Source: an uncultured delta proteobacterium (lineage in GTDB: Bacteria > Desulfobacterota > Binatia > JACPRU01). Taken from it: a stretch of 64,000 nucleotides of DNA. Each line of letters starts with the position of its first letter. The stretch's first letter is position 1. The notes below the pieces were generated by a model. That model did not search any database, had not been told where the DNA came from, and saw only the letters and a list, made by a program, of their open reading frames with translations. Of this stretch, positions 32,662 to 42,581 are shown one piece after another. The stretch lies in the NCBI GenBank assembly GCA_963712515.1, contig CAVQIG010000017.1:79958-143957 (forward strand), written 5' to 3'. Made by a program: the position numbers and the translations under genes.

Positions 32662-33016
32662 CGGGTTGGTCCCAGAGCCGGTCGAGCGCGCGGCCGACTG
32701 CCGCGAACAACTCGTCAAGCTCGCCGTGCGAGATCGTGAGCGGCGGCGACAGGGCGACCAGGTCGCGGATACCGCGAACGATCACACCCTCCTCGCGCGC
32801 GAGGCGCGCCGCGAGGACGCCGAGCGGCGTTGCGGGTGAGCACGCGCCACGCCCCTCCCGTGGCACCAGGTCGAGGGCGCCGATGAGGCCATACCCGCGC
32901 GCCTCACCGACCGCACGATGCCGCGCGAAAGACTGGAGCTTCTGCTGGAAGTACGGACCGACATCCTCGCGAACGCGCTCGACGAGCCTCTCGCGCTCGA
33001 GGATCGCCAAATTCAC
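32654..33016 (-). pseudogene. 3' fragment (C-terminal ~120 aa) of a class III (omega) aminotransferase; 5' part absent
   Basis: …ARHRAVGEARGYGLIGALDLV…GVIVRGIRDLVALSPPLTISHGELDELFAAVGRALDRLW is a typical class-III aminotransferase C-terminus. Upstream sequence belongs to the rpe 3' end and has an in-frame stop. No N-terminal PLP-domain coding sequence exists in any frame. Confidence 0.6.
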
Positions 33017-33148
33017 CAGCGCCGCGGCCGCTGCAATTCACTCAGGCGGTTGGCTTCCATCCGGGAACTAGAGCACAGCTTCGCGGCCTTGGGAAAAGGC
33101 AATGGCAGGGCGTTGCATCCTCCCGCTTTGGCGCAGTGGACCGCTTCT

Positions 33149-33862
33149 TCAACGCGCCGGGTAGCCCGCCGCGGAGCAGGCAGCGCGCAGCACGGTGAGG
33201 TTCTCGGCAACCGACGCGTGCGCGCCGAAGACCGCCGTCCCAGCAACGGCGATCGTCATGCCGGCCTTTGCGAGCGCGGCGACGTTGTCGGCGGCGACGC
33301 CCCCGTCGACCTCGATCTCGACGCGGTCCAGGCCGCGCTCGACCAGCATGGCGCGCAGGCGCGCGACCTTGTCGATGCTTGACTCGATGAACGCCTGACC
33401 CCCGAAGCCTGGATTGACCGACATGATCAACGCCACGTCGATCTCGGGCAGGATCTCCTCGATCGCCGCGAGCGAGGTCGCCGGGTTGAGCGCGGCTCCG
33501 GGCTGCGCCCCGAGCTCGCGGATGGCGTGAGTGGTTCGGTGCAAGTGCGGGCACGCCTCGACGTGTACCGTCATGGCGGTCGCTCCGGCGCGCGAGAAGT
33601 CGTCGAGGTAGAGGTCGGGCTTCTCGATCATGAGATGGACCTCGAGGACGGCGCCGAAGCGCTCCGCGAGCGGCTGGAGCGCCGCGACGACGAGCGGTCC
33701 CATCGTGATGTTGGGGACGAAGTGCCCGTCCATGACGTCGATGTGGATGCGGCTCACACCTGCGGTGAGCGTATCCTCCACCTGCTCGCCTAACCGAGCG
33801 AAGTCGGCGGCGAGGATCGAAGGCGCGATCTGAACGGCGCGCGTTGTTGCTGGGCGGCTCAT
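33149..33862 (-). CDS. rpe: Ribulose-phosphate 3-epimerase
   Basis: IAPSILAADFARLGEQV…IHIDVMDGHFVPNITMGP…HLMIE…MSVNPGFGGQAFI…VDGGV are canonical Rpe motifs. Confidence 0.9.
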   Translation of the reverse strand: MSRPATTRAVQIAPSILAADFARLGEQVEDTLTAGVSRIHIDVMDGHFVPNITMGPLVVAALQPLAERFGAVLEVHLMIEKPDLYLDDFSRAGATAMTVHVEACPHLHRTTHAIRELGAQPGAALNPATSLAAIEEILPEIDVALIMSVNPGFGGQAFIESSIDKVARLRAMLVERGLDRVEIEVDGGVAADNVAALAKAGMTIAVAGTAVFGAHASVAENLTVLRAACSAAGYPAR

Positions 33863-34565
33863 GCGAAGACGTCGGCACGGCGATCGCTCGCCGTGCCTGT
33901 ACGCTGCTATCTATAGCTTCGGATGAGCAAATTGGTCGAGCAGTCGTGGGCGAGCGGCGGCTCGGCCACACTCTCCGGCTTCGGGCACGACCCGCTGCGC
34001 CACGACCTTGCCGAGCTCCACAACCCATTGATCGAAGGAGCCCGCGGACAGCACGGGCAGAAAATCGAGGTTGAGAACCGAGAAGCGACAAGTTCGGGGA
34101 AACGGGTGAGGCTGCGCGTGTTCATCTGGCCACGTCCACACCGAGCTTCGACGTGTCGCGGGGCTTCTGCGGCGGCACCCGCTCGTAAATTTCGGTCACA
34201 AACCCTTTTGTGGAGACCGCCGTCCGCGCAGGATGAGCTCGATCAGTCGCCCAATATCTTACCTGATCAGCTCCCCACGCGCCGCTACATGAGCCCCGAG
34301 AGCCGCCTCGCCGCGGCTCTCATCGAGCAGGCGATCTCCGACAGCCGCGACATACATGTGGCGAGCGGTCTCCGCAGAAGTGCGTTGAAGTGGTTGAGCG
34401 GCGCGCCGGCACTGCTGTCCTTCGATCAGGCGTGTGCTCTAGCCGGCATCGATGTGCAGGCGCTAAAGGGGGCTATTGCAAGAGGTCATTGTTGCGGTTA
34501 GATCGCCGATTCCGATGCCGTCCCAGGCTTGAGCTCCGCCGACGCAGGTAGTACCGAGAGGAAGC

Positions 34566-35753
34566 ATGCCCACGCTGCTCGAACAGTTGAGCTCGATGAC
34601 CGTGGTTGTTTGCGACACGGGGGACCTCAACTCGATCAAGAAGTTCGAGCCTCGCGACGCGACGACCAACCCATCTCTGATCACCGCCGCTGCCCAGATG
34701 CCGGAGTACGCCGACGTCGTCGACGGAGCGCTGCGGTGGGCCGAGAAGGAAGCCGGCAGTCGAGCGCCGAAGAAGGTCATCGCGCGGGCGCTCGACCGGC
34801 TCGCCGTCGAGTTCGGTCTGCGCATCCTCGACATCGTGCCGGGCCGGGTGTCGACCGAGGTCGACGCCCGCCTATCCCTCGACACAGATGCGACGATCGA
34901 GAAGGGCCGCCATCTGATCCAGCAGTACGAGGCCGCTGGTGCTTCGCGCGAGCGCGTGCTGATCAAGATCGCCTCCACCTGGGAAGGTATCCGCGCGGCC
35001 GAAGTTCTCGAGAAGGAAGGCATCCACTGTAACTTGACGCTGCTGTTCGGCATGCATCAAGCGATCGCCTGCGCCGAGGCCGGCGTGCGGCTGATCTCAC
35101 CCTTCGTCGGCCGCATCCTCGACTGGCACAAGAAGAACTCCGGACGCGAAAATTACCCGCCTGCCGAGGATCCGGGGGTCGTCTCAGTGACGAAGATCTA
35201 CAACTACTACAAGAAGCACGGCTACGACACCGAAGTGATGGGCGCGAGCTTCCGCAACACCGCCGAGATCACAGAGCTCGCGGGCTGCGATCTCTTGACG
35301 ATCGCGCCTAATCTGCTCGCTCAGCTGCAGGCCACCGACGGCGCTCTCGAACGCAAGCTCGATCCCGCAAAGGCCGCGGCGATGAACATCCCGAAAACCC
35401 CGGTCGACGAGGCGACGTTTCGCAAGCTTCACGCGGAAGACCGCATGGCGAATGAGAAGCTCGGCGAAGGCCTTCAGGGCTTCTCCAAAGCGACCCTCGC
35501 GCTCGAGAAGCTGCTCACCGAGCGTTACAAGGCCACACGGGGCACAGCCGAGCTGGCGCAGGCCGCACACAACTTCTTCAAGATTTATGATCTCGACGGC
35601 GACGGGCTCATCACGCGCGAAGAATGGGGCGGTACGGACGCCGTCTTCGACGCGCTCGACGCCGACGGCGACGGCGCGATCAGGGTCGAGGAACTCGCCG
35701 CAGGGCTCGGCGCCGCACACGTCCTCAAGGGCGGCCGCGCTCTGAATTCGTAG
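34566..35753 (+). CDS. tal: Transaldolase (TalB-type, ~320 aa) fused to a C-terminal pair of EF-hand calcium-binding motifs
   Basis: …[26 protein letters not shown]…[14 protein letters not shown]…[30 protein letters not shown]…[13 protein letters not shown]… aligns along the full length of E. coli TalB. An extra ~70 aa tail contains [12 protein letters not shown] and [12 protein letters not shown] (EF-hand loops). Confidence 0.85.
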   Translation: MPTLLEQLSSMTVVVCDTGDLNSIKKFEPRDATTNPSLITAAAQMPEYADVVDGALRWAEKEAGSRAPKKVIARALDRLAVEFGLRILDIVPGRVSTEVDARLSLDTDATIEKGRHLIQQYEAAGASRERVLIKIASTWEGIRAAEVLEKEGIHCNLTLLFGMHQAIACAEAGVRLISPFVGRILDWHKKNSGRENYPPAEDPGVVSVTKIYNYYKKHGYDTEVMGASFRNTAEITELAGCDLLTIAPNLLAQLQATDGALERKLDPAKAAAMNIPKTPVDEATFRKLHAEDRMANEKLGEGLQGFSKATLALEKLLTERYKATRGTAELAQAAHNFFKIYDLDGDGLITREEWGGTDAVFDALDADGDGAIRVEELAAGLGAAHVLKGGRALNS

Positions 35754-35840
35754 CGCACCTCGGACGACCGCCAGGCCGCTGTCGTTGTCATGCAGATCCC
35801 TCGCCAGCGCTGCGAGAAGCGGCCGCTCCAGAGGCGGCCG

Positions 35841-37226
35841 CTACAGTCGGTTCAATCCGTCGAGACCGGCCACCTTGTACGCCTCGGCCATGGTCGGGTA
35901 GTTGAAGACGGCGTCGCGGAAGTAGTCGATCGTGCCACCGAAGGCGAGCACTGCCTGACCGATGTGGATGATCTCGGTGGCGCGCTCGCCGAAGATGTGC
36001 ACGCCGAGGAGCTTGCGCGTGCGACGGTCGAAGAGGATCTTGAGAACGCCGGTGTCGACGCCGAGCATCTGGCCCTTGGCGAGCTCCTCGAACTTCGAGA
36101 CGCCGATCTCGTAGGGCACCTTCTCCCGCGTCAGCTCGTCCTCGGTCTTTCCGACGATCGAGATCTCGGGAATCGTGTAGACGCCGTAGGGGATCGCGTC
36201 CTTGCGGCTTTCGCAATACGCGCCGAACATGTGACAGCTGGCCAGTCGGCCCTGCTCCATCGAGGTCGAGGCCAGCGCCGGAAAGCCGATCACGTCGCCG
36301 GCCGCGTAGATGTGCGGCACGGCGGTCTGGAAGAACTCGTTCACGGTGATCCGGCCGCGGTCGTCGGCGGAGAGTCCAACGGCCTCGAGGTTCAGGAGGT
36401 CGGCGTTCGTCTTGCGGCCGACCGTGTAGAGGAGCGCGTCGCCGTGCACCTCCTTGCCGCTCTCGAGCGATGCGACGACCCGGTTCTTCTCGTCGTAGCC
36501 GACCGAAAGGACCTTCTCGCCGAGCCGGAAGGCGGCGCCCCGCTGCCGCATGAAGAACATCAGCGAGTCGATCATCTCGCGGTCGACGAAGTCGAGCATC
36601 GTGGGGCGCGCCTCGATCACGGTGACCTTGATGTTCAGGGCGGTGACCATGGAGGCGTACTCGAGGCCGATGACGCCGGCGCCCACGACGATGAGGTCGC
36701 GCGGCAGCGCCTCGCCCTGCAGGAACTGGTCGGAGTCGATGATCCGCTTTCCGTCGAGCGGGACGGTCGGGCTGTGCGCCGGCCGGGTGCCGCAGGCGAT
36801 CAGGATTCGGTCGCCGCGGACGCGCGTCGTCCCCTCGACCGATTCGACCTCGAGCGTATTGGCGTCGAGGAACCGCGCGCTGCCGGAGAGCGTCGCGACG
36901 TGGTTTCGGTTCAATTGGGCGCGGACGACCTCGACTTCGCGCCCGAGGACCTTCTGCACGCGGAAGGTGAGGTCCGCGACCGTGATCTCCTTCGACACGA
37001 CGTAGTCACGGCCGTAGAAGGTGCGCTCGCGAAATCCAGAGAGGTACAAGATCGCTTCACGCAGCGTCTTCGAGGGGATCGTGCCCGTGTGGAGGCACAC
37101 GCCCCCGACCATCTCCTTGCGGTCGATCACCGCGACCTTCTTCCCGAGCTTCGACGCGGCGATTGCGCCCTTCTGCCCGGCGGGGCCGGAACCGATCACG
37201 ACCAGATCGTAGGAAGGAATGTCCAT
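35841..37226 (-). CDS. sthA: Soluble pyridine nucleotide transhydrogenase (Si-specific NAD(P)+ transhydrogenase)
   Basis: YDLVVIGSGPAGQKGAI…GGVCLHTGTIPSK… plus a second NAD-binding motif GAGVIGLEYA, 461 aa. The lipoamide-dehydrogenase-like class-I oxidoreductase without the lipoyl context matches SthA/UdhA. Confidence 0.8.
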   Translation of the reverse strand: MDIPSYDLVVIGSGPAGQKGAIAASKLGKKVAVIDRKEMVGGVCLHTGTIPSKTLREAILYLSGFRERTFYGRDYVVSKEITVADLTFRVQKVLGREVEVVRAQLNRNHVATLSGSARFLDANTLEVESVEGTTRVRGDRILIACGTRPAHSPTVPLDGKRIIDSDQFLQGEALPRDLIVVGAGVIGLEYASMVTALNIKVTVIEARPTMLDFVDREMIDSLMFFMRQRGAAFRLGEKVLSVGYDEKNRVVASLESGKEVHGDALLYTVGRKTNADLLNLEAVGLSADDRGRITVNEFFQTAVPHIYAAGDVIGFPALASTSMEQGRLASCHMFGAYCESRKDAIPYGVYTIPEISIVGKTEDELTREKVPYEIGVSKFEELAKGQMLGVDTGVLKILFDRRTRKLLGVHIFGERATEIIHIGQAVLAFGGTIDYFRDAVFNYPTMAEAYKVAGLDGLNRL

Positions 37227-37970
37227 TGGGTCAGCCTCTCACTGACGGCCTGAAGGATCTATGGCGAGCCGGAACGGCCGAACTCCCGGTCACGGCGGCC
37301 CGGGTCGGCACGAAATCGAAACGATCCAGTCCGCAACCGATGTAGCAGCGCGAGCGTTGCGGGGGCGCAGGCCCGGTTCTTCTCGGAACGACGTTCGCCA
37401 CTGCGGGCCGGGAACACTTGTAGGAGTGACGCGAGCTCGAGGTCTTCGTTGATCGCCAGCGTGAAGAAGCGCAAACAGCCACCGAGGGTGGGGCAACGCG
37501 ACGGAGTCCTTCCCTTCAGCCATTTTCGGCGAGCTCCCCCATGCTCTTCACTGGCACGTCCGTCGCCACTAGAAAAGGCCTGCGGCTACAGCCCGGTGTG
37601 CGCGATTCCGGTGAACGTCTTTGACTGGGTCGGCGACAAGGTACGCCGCCTCGGGATCGAGATTCGGGCGCGCCCTCGCGCGGCCTGACCGTGGGCTCCA
37701 AACACGTTGTTCATGCTGCGCGCCGCTGATGCGGCTGGCAATTCCTCCAGCCCTCGCGTACGGGTCCGGCCCTTGAAATGAAACTGCATCAGGCGCTTTC
37801 CAGCCCATCAAAATGACGCACGACAATGATAGCGTCACTCCGGTCGCGTGAATTTTTCGAGAAGTGCAATTCCGCTCCCTCGCGCATAGACACCGAAAAT
37901 TACCGACACGGTCTGAACGGCATCGAGACCCGTACCGCTGTCTACGCCTCTCCGGAGAAGGGCATCGCAC

Positions 37971-38387
37971 TCACAACCTTCTTCTACACCCCGGCCGACA
38001 CTTGCACTGAAATATCTTCGCGCCATCCACGTTATAGTCGTAGGTCAGCTCCTCGCCGGCCTCGAGGTTCCTGCCCGCGCGAATCCATATGTCGCGCCCG
38101 ATGACCTGCGCGTAGCAGTTGGGCTTGCAGGAGTGATTGAGAAAGCGAGCGATGTTGCCGCCGACGTTGGCATCGCGCACCCATCGCCGGTTGACGGTGA
38201 AGCACCAGATTTCGCCCTTCTTCAGATACCTGATTCCCCGCTTGTAGCTTTCGTCGTGACTGATCAGCTCACCATCATAGGTGACGATCCGGCGGTTCTT
38301 GTTGATAGGCTCGCGCGCGAAGACTCCCCATCCGCTGATTGCGGAGCGGCGGCGCATAATGCGTGGTAACTCGATCTCTTGAGGCAT
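37971..38387 (-). CDS. SET domain-containing protein (putative protein-lysine N-methyltransferase) with post-SET Cys cluster
   Basis: …SGWGVFAREPINKNRRIVTYDGELI…FLNHSCKPNCYAQ…GEELTYDYN… then the Cys cluster CKCRPGC. Local GC is ~57%. Confidence 0.75.
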   Translation of the reverse strand: MPQEIELPRIMRRRSAISGWGVFAREPINKNRRIVTYDGELISHDESYKRGIRYLKKGEIWCFTVNRRWVRDANVGGNIARFLNHSCKPNCYAQVIGRDIWIRAGRNLEAGEELTYDYNVDGAKIFQCKCRPGCRRRL

Positions 38388-38817
38388 CGAGACAGAACTC
38401 TAGCAAAGTGCGACGATGCAGGGCGAGGACGGCTTCCGCCACGGCCTTGGGAATCCCGTCGAGGTCAAGGATCGCCCTCACTATACGAAGATGGCTTGGA
38501 GGAAAACTTTCCTCGGCCTGCTTCCTATTGGGGGCGTGTCCAAACGGCCCGACGGCCATCCCACACTCGATGTCGGCTGCGCGCCGGGCGTCATCGATCG
38601 CTTCAAACGACTCGACCGTCTGTTGAAAGTCTTCGTAGTTTTTGTCAAATCAAGGCTAGGTCGTCACCCGGAAACCTCACTGAACAGTAATCAGCTCTTC
38701 ACAATAGGGAAGTACCGTCTCAGGAGAGAATGCCGCCATCGAAGTTCATCCTTCACCACCACCACGCAAGCCAAATGCGAACCGGGGTGCACAGAGAGTG
38801 AGAAGGGAGGAGCCGCT

Positions 38818-39105
38818 ATGAAATACCTGATCGGTGGAACTCTTCGTCCGGAAAGAACTCGAGAGGAGTTCGTCGCAAGAATCAAAGGCAATCCTCTGTC
38901 TCACGCGGCGTGGGAGCTCATCCGGAAGGGCGTGATCACCGAACACGGTTTCAAGATAGGCCGCCGGCCCGGGTTCGTTTTCATCATTGAGGGCGATTCT
39001 GAAGAAGCCGTGCTGGCCTCCGTCTCAGATATTCCTCTCATTCGAGAGGGCTGGTTTGATGTAGAAGTCGATCCGGTCAGTCCCTTCGTGTCCGATATCC
39101 GCTAA
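38818..39105 (+). CDS. Small alpha+beta protein resembling muconolactone delta-isomerase / Dabb-type fold (95 aa)
   Basis: AGGGAGG lies 8 nt upstream of ATG 38818. MKYLIGGTLRPERTREEFVARIKGNPLSHAAWELIRKGVITEHGFKIGRRPGFVFIIEGDSEEAVLASVSDIPLIREGWFDVEVDPVSPF resembles the MIase-like pattern. Confidence 0.45.
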   Translation: MKYLIGGTLRPERTREEFVARIKGNPLSHAAWELIRKGVITEHGFKIGRRPGFVFIIEGDSEEAVLASVSDIPLIREGWFDVEVDPVSPFVSDIR

Positions 39106-39372
39106 ACTTTTGAAGCCTCTAACAGGGCTCTTCGACTCTCCGAACATGCTGAGAGCCTCAGCAATCAGAGCCATCTCGACGTGATCGTCGCGGAGGCGTA
39201 ACCAGTGATGAACGGCTTCCAATCACTCGGCCGGAGCTCGCTGCCGACTGACGGCAGCTGGTGCATCGACTGTCGTTTCAAATAGACTCATTGCGCCCGG
39301 ATCGCAATTTGGGCTGACGAGACGGTTCAGACGACTCGGAGCGGCTCTACCGTAGAGACCGCCAACAGGCGC

Positions 39373-40143
39373 TCATGCTGTCACTTCCGCAGACGAGCCG
39401 CGATGCCGCCGGTAGATCTCGATGACCCAACTAAATCCTGGGTGATTCGAGAGTGAATCGCGAAATTCGGCCAAGGACTTGGGGACAGGGGCAGGAAACG
39501 GGTACTGAAACTCCTTCGGCATGACGAGCGGCGAGAAGAGCGCTGCGGCCGTCAGGTCGGCGACGCTGAAGCTGTCGCCCACCAAATACCCGCTCGGTCG
39601 GAGTTCTGTAGTGATTCGATCGAGAGCAGCTCGTACCTTGGTCGGAGCCTCCGTGACGGTTGCTGGGTTGATTCTGTGCCGGAGCTTGTAGAAGGCCGAG
39701 AAGGCGGGGAAGAGCGCTCGAACGGCACTCTTGCTGCTCTCGCCGAGTCCCATGCCGAGCGACAGCGCAGCCATCACGCCGTCGGGATCGCTCGCGAACA
39801 TCGGGCCAAGGATCGCCGCGCGAAGCTGATGACCGAGCTCTCGGTCGAAGAAATCCTCGAGTTCCACGGCCCGACGCCGGGAGGTCTCGTCGCGGGGGTA
39901 GAGAGGAGGTTCGGGACGGAACTGTTCGAGCGCCTCGAGGATGCGGGTCGAATCGCCGATCGCCTTGCCCTCAAGAAAGAGAATCGGCAGGGTCGGGCGG
40001 CCAGTAGCCCACAGTGCCCTCGGCATGTAGTCGAGGAAGAGCGTCTTCCGCACGTGCGAGATGCCCTTGAAGTCCAGCGCCCAGCGCACCTTCTCATTGA
40101 AGTGCGAGACCGGGAAGTGCCAAAGGACCGGCGTCGACGTCAT
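39373..40143 (-). CDS. Glutathione S-transferase family protein
   Basis: N-terminal thioredoxin-like GST fold (LWHFPVSHFNEKVRWALDFKGI…LPIL…EGKAIGDSTRILEAL) and a C-terminal helical GST domain. Confidence 0.75.
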   Translation of the reverse strand: MTSTPVLWHFPVSHFNEKVRWALDFKGISHVRKTLFLDYMPRALWATGRPTLPILFLEGKAIGDSTRILEALEQFRPEPPLYPRDETSRRRAVELEDFFDRELGHQLRAAILGPMFASDPDGVMAALSLGMGLGESSKSAVRALFPAFSAFYKLRHRINPATVTEAPTKVRAALDRITTELRPSGYLVGDSFSVADLTAAALFSPLVMPKEFQYPFPAPVPKSLAEFRDSLSNHPGFSWVIEIYRRHRGSSAEVTA

Positions 40144-40215
40144 GGACTACTCCCTCTTACTCCCTCTATCATGCGCAGCTGTCGGCGGTGAGGCGAAAGA
40201 GCTGCAGAGTTTTCA

Positions 40216-41805
40216 CTATTCGTGTGGTCGCGCGTAAATGAGATGTCGCACCCGGGGATCAGCACGCACGTAGATGCGTATTCGGTCCTCTAGTTCGCGA
40301 TCCGCCAATGTCTGGCGATCGTGTTGACGCAAGTGCTCCGCCCACGAGTTCACGAGAAACGTCTCCACGTAGCGATCCGGTGTCTCGGTGTCGTGAAAGA
40401 TGCCCCAACGCGACGCCCCATCCCGACGCCGGACGCGTTGGTATTGATGCATTGCCTCCACAAACTCTGCGACGCGTTGGCGATCCACGATGTATTCGAC
40501 CGTCACGAGGACCGGCCCCTCATCAAGTCCTGGTCCCATCTCTTTGAGGATCGCGGGCAGACGCCAATGGTTCCACGGACTCAGGTCCGCCGTTGCGTCC
40601 GGCAGCCGCGATACGAGCCCGAGCGCCGTGGTCGCGATCGTTCCCAGCCCCGCCCACAGCAGAGCTGTCGGAATACCTGCCCGCTCGCCGACGGCACCCC
40701 ACACGGCGCTGCCAGCCGCCATGCTGCCTTGAAACACCAGCATGAACACAGCCAGGACGCGGGCGCGTACCCAGTCGGGCGCGAGACTCTGGACCAGCGC
40801 ACTGATCAGCGAGATGAAGCTGATCCAGGCTCCACCTCCCACGAGCATTGCCACTCCGAGCGCTCCCATCACGTGCAAACTGCCAATCGCAACAATCGTC
40901 GCTCCCAGGATTGCCACGCCGGCTGATACTACGGCCTCCGTCGACCATCGCGAGCGGGCTCGCTGCATGGCCAGTGCGCCCAGCACCGCACCCACCCCGA
41001 AGCATCCCAAGAGGAGCCCATAGCCTATCGGGCTCTCGCTGATGCTGCGAGCGATGGTCGGCAACAGTGCGAACAGCGCGCTCGCAAAAAACATCGCCGT
41101 CCCAGCCCGGAGCATCAGCGAACGGATCGCGGGCGAGTAGCGGACGTAGCGGATCGCCGCGACCGTTGCGCCGCCCACCGTCTCGACCGGTGCGGTTCGC
41201 GGACGAATCGGCCGCTTCCATCGAGCGACCACCACGATCACTCCGAGGAACGACACGGCATTCAACGCGAATGCCGTGCCGATGCCGGCGGTCGCGATGA
41301 GGGCGCCGGCGAGCGCGGGCCCCACCGCCCGCGCGAGGTTGAATTCGATCCCGTTGAGCGCTGAGCCTGCCGCGAGATCCTCTTTCTTCACCAGTTCGGG
41401 AAGAATCGCCCGCCAGGTGGGTGTTTCGAACGCGTCTCCGGCTGAGAGCGCAAACGTCAGCGCGAGCAGCAGCCAGGGCGACATGACGTGTCCGATGGTC
41501 AGGACCGCGATCGCGGTCGCGACAACAACCATCCAGCCTTCCGTGTAGAGAATTAGTTTGCGGCGATCGACGATATCGCCAATCGCGCCAGCGGGAAGGG
41601 CAAGGAGGAAGAATGGTAGCGTGGATGCGGTCTGCGTCAGCGCCACGTAAAACGGGCCGGCGCCAAGCGAGAGCATCAACCAGGCTGCGCCGACGCTCTG
41701 CAAGAACGTCCCGATGTCCGAGACGATGTTGGCGATGAGCAGATTGCGGAATGTCGGCGCCCGCAACGGTCGCCACAGACTGCTCGCGGCGCGATCGACG
41801 GCCAT
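40216..41805 (-). CDS. MFS transporter fused to a C-terminal ABM/Dabb-like (antibiotic biosynthesis monooxygenase-type) domain
   Basis: 12-TM MFS body followed by ~110 aa PVLVTVEYIVDRQRVAEFVEAMHQYQRVRRRDGASRWGIFHDTETPDRYVETFLVNSWAEHLRQHDRQT… Start is ATG 41805 or GTG 41820. Confidence 0.7.
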   Translation of the reverse strand: MAVDRAASSLWRPLRAPTFRNLLIANIVSDIGTFLQSVGAAWLMLSLGAGPFYVALTQTASTLPFFLLALPAGAIGDIVDRRKLILYTEGWMVVVATAIAVLTIGHVMSPWLLLALTFALSAGDAFETPTWRAILPELVKKEDLAAGSALNGIEFNLARAVGPALAGALIATAGIGTAFALNAVSFLGVIVVVARWKRPIRPRTAPVETVGGATVAAIRYVRYSPAIRSLMLRAGTAMFFASALFALLPTIARSISESPIGYGLLLGCFGVGAVLGALAMQRARSRWSTEAVVSAGVAILGATIVAIGSLHVMGALGVAMLVGGGAWISFISLISALVQSLAPDWVRARVLAVFMLVFQGSMAAGSAVWGAVGERAGIPTALLWAGLGTIATTALGLVSRLPDATADLSPWNHWRLPAILKEMGPGLDEGPVLVTVEYIVDRQRVAEFVEAMHQYQRVRRRDGASRWGIFHDTETPDRYVETFLVNSWAEHLRQHDRQTLADRELEDRIRIYVRADPRVRHLIYARPHE

Positions 41806-41922
41806 GTCCCGAAATCTCACCCCGCTGGGGGAACGTAACTATCATACGCCGCTGCCGGCGGCGACGCGGGCTGGCTGCAGAGTTTTCAACTCTATCCGCA
41901 TCTCCGTGCCGCCGTGGAACCG

Positions 41923-42315
41923 TCACTCGCGAACGATGAGGAGCTTGTGTGGCGGGTCCGACAAAGCGTCGACGGCGTCCTCCCATCGGACTACCTTGCT
42001 CGTGACTTTCGCCAGAGCGATCGCTCCGGATGCCGCCATCTCCAACACCTCGGGAAGGACTGCTCTCGAATGGACGCGCCCGACCGCCAGCGTCATGCCC
42101 GTGATGTACATCGAGAACAGCGGGATCGGCGTTGCGTCGCCCGCATGGATGCCGATGCTGGTGCAGACGCCGTCCGGCTCGGTCGCGCGGATCGCGCGAT
42201 GCAAGCCGTCGAGCGTACCGCTGGCTTCCACGGTGATCGGGTAACGGCCAAGCCGCTGGCCCGGAGCTGGCTCGCGAGCCTTGGCTCCCAAGCGCTCGGC
42301 GAGATCCAGATGCAA
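41923..42315 (-). pseudogene. 3' fragment (C-terminal ~130 aa) of a Zn-dependent (MDR) dehydrogenase; 5' part absent
   Basis: …GIHAGDATPIPLFSMYITGMTLAVGRVHSRAVLPEVLEMAASGAIALAKVTSKVVRWEDAVDALSDPPHKLLIVRE is an MDR C-terminal Rossmann tail. A TAA stop lies immediately upstream in frame and no catalytic-domain coding sequence is present. Confidence 0.55.
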
Positions 42316-42581
42316 AGCCGCGCGCCCTTAACTCGTGTCCTCACTTGGCGCGGCACGGCTTCTGCTGTCAAATCGGACACGCGCAGCAAGCGGATCTTGC
42401 TGGGGACGCTTTTGCCGGCAGCAGCCCCGAGGCCTTCGTGCCCGTGGCTGCTGCCGTCTCGCCCCCTCCCTTTTTTTGGGCGCCGAGTTCTCTGTGACGC
42501 CCGAGCGACAAGCTCAGAGAAAAGGAGCGCGGCGAAGAAGAGCAGCAGTTCGCCAAGCGCGACCGCGAGTTACTGCAGAAG

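Noticed and set aside
31491-33071. 526-aa plus ORF spanning the oxidase, aminotransferase fragment and rpe
   Set aside because: Arg-rich wrong-frame read-through across three differently oriented genes.
33923-34501. 192-aa plus ORF (and overlapping minus ORFs) in the rpe-tal intergenic region
   Set aside because: No SD, mixed composition and no motifs. Possibly a short real gene near 34290..34501, but evidence is insufficient.
38416-39105. 229-aa ORF upstream of and including the MIase-like gene
   Set aside because: Only the last 95 codons (from ATG 38818, with AGGGAGG SD) look like a real gene. The upstream part has no SD or start context and has lower coding quality.
40523-41986. 487-aa minus ORF overlapping the MFS gene
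   Set aside because: Alternative frame of the MFS transporter gene; Arg-rich with no membrane character.
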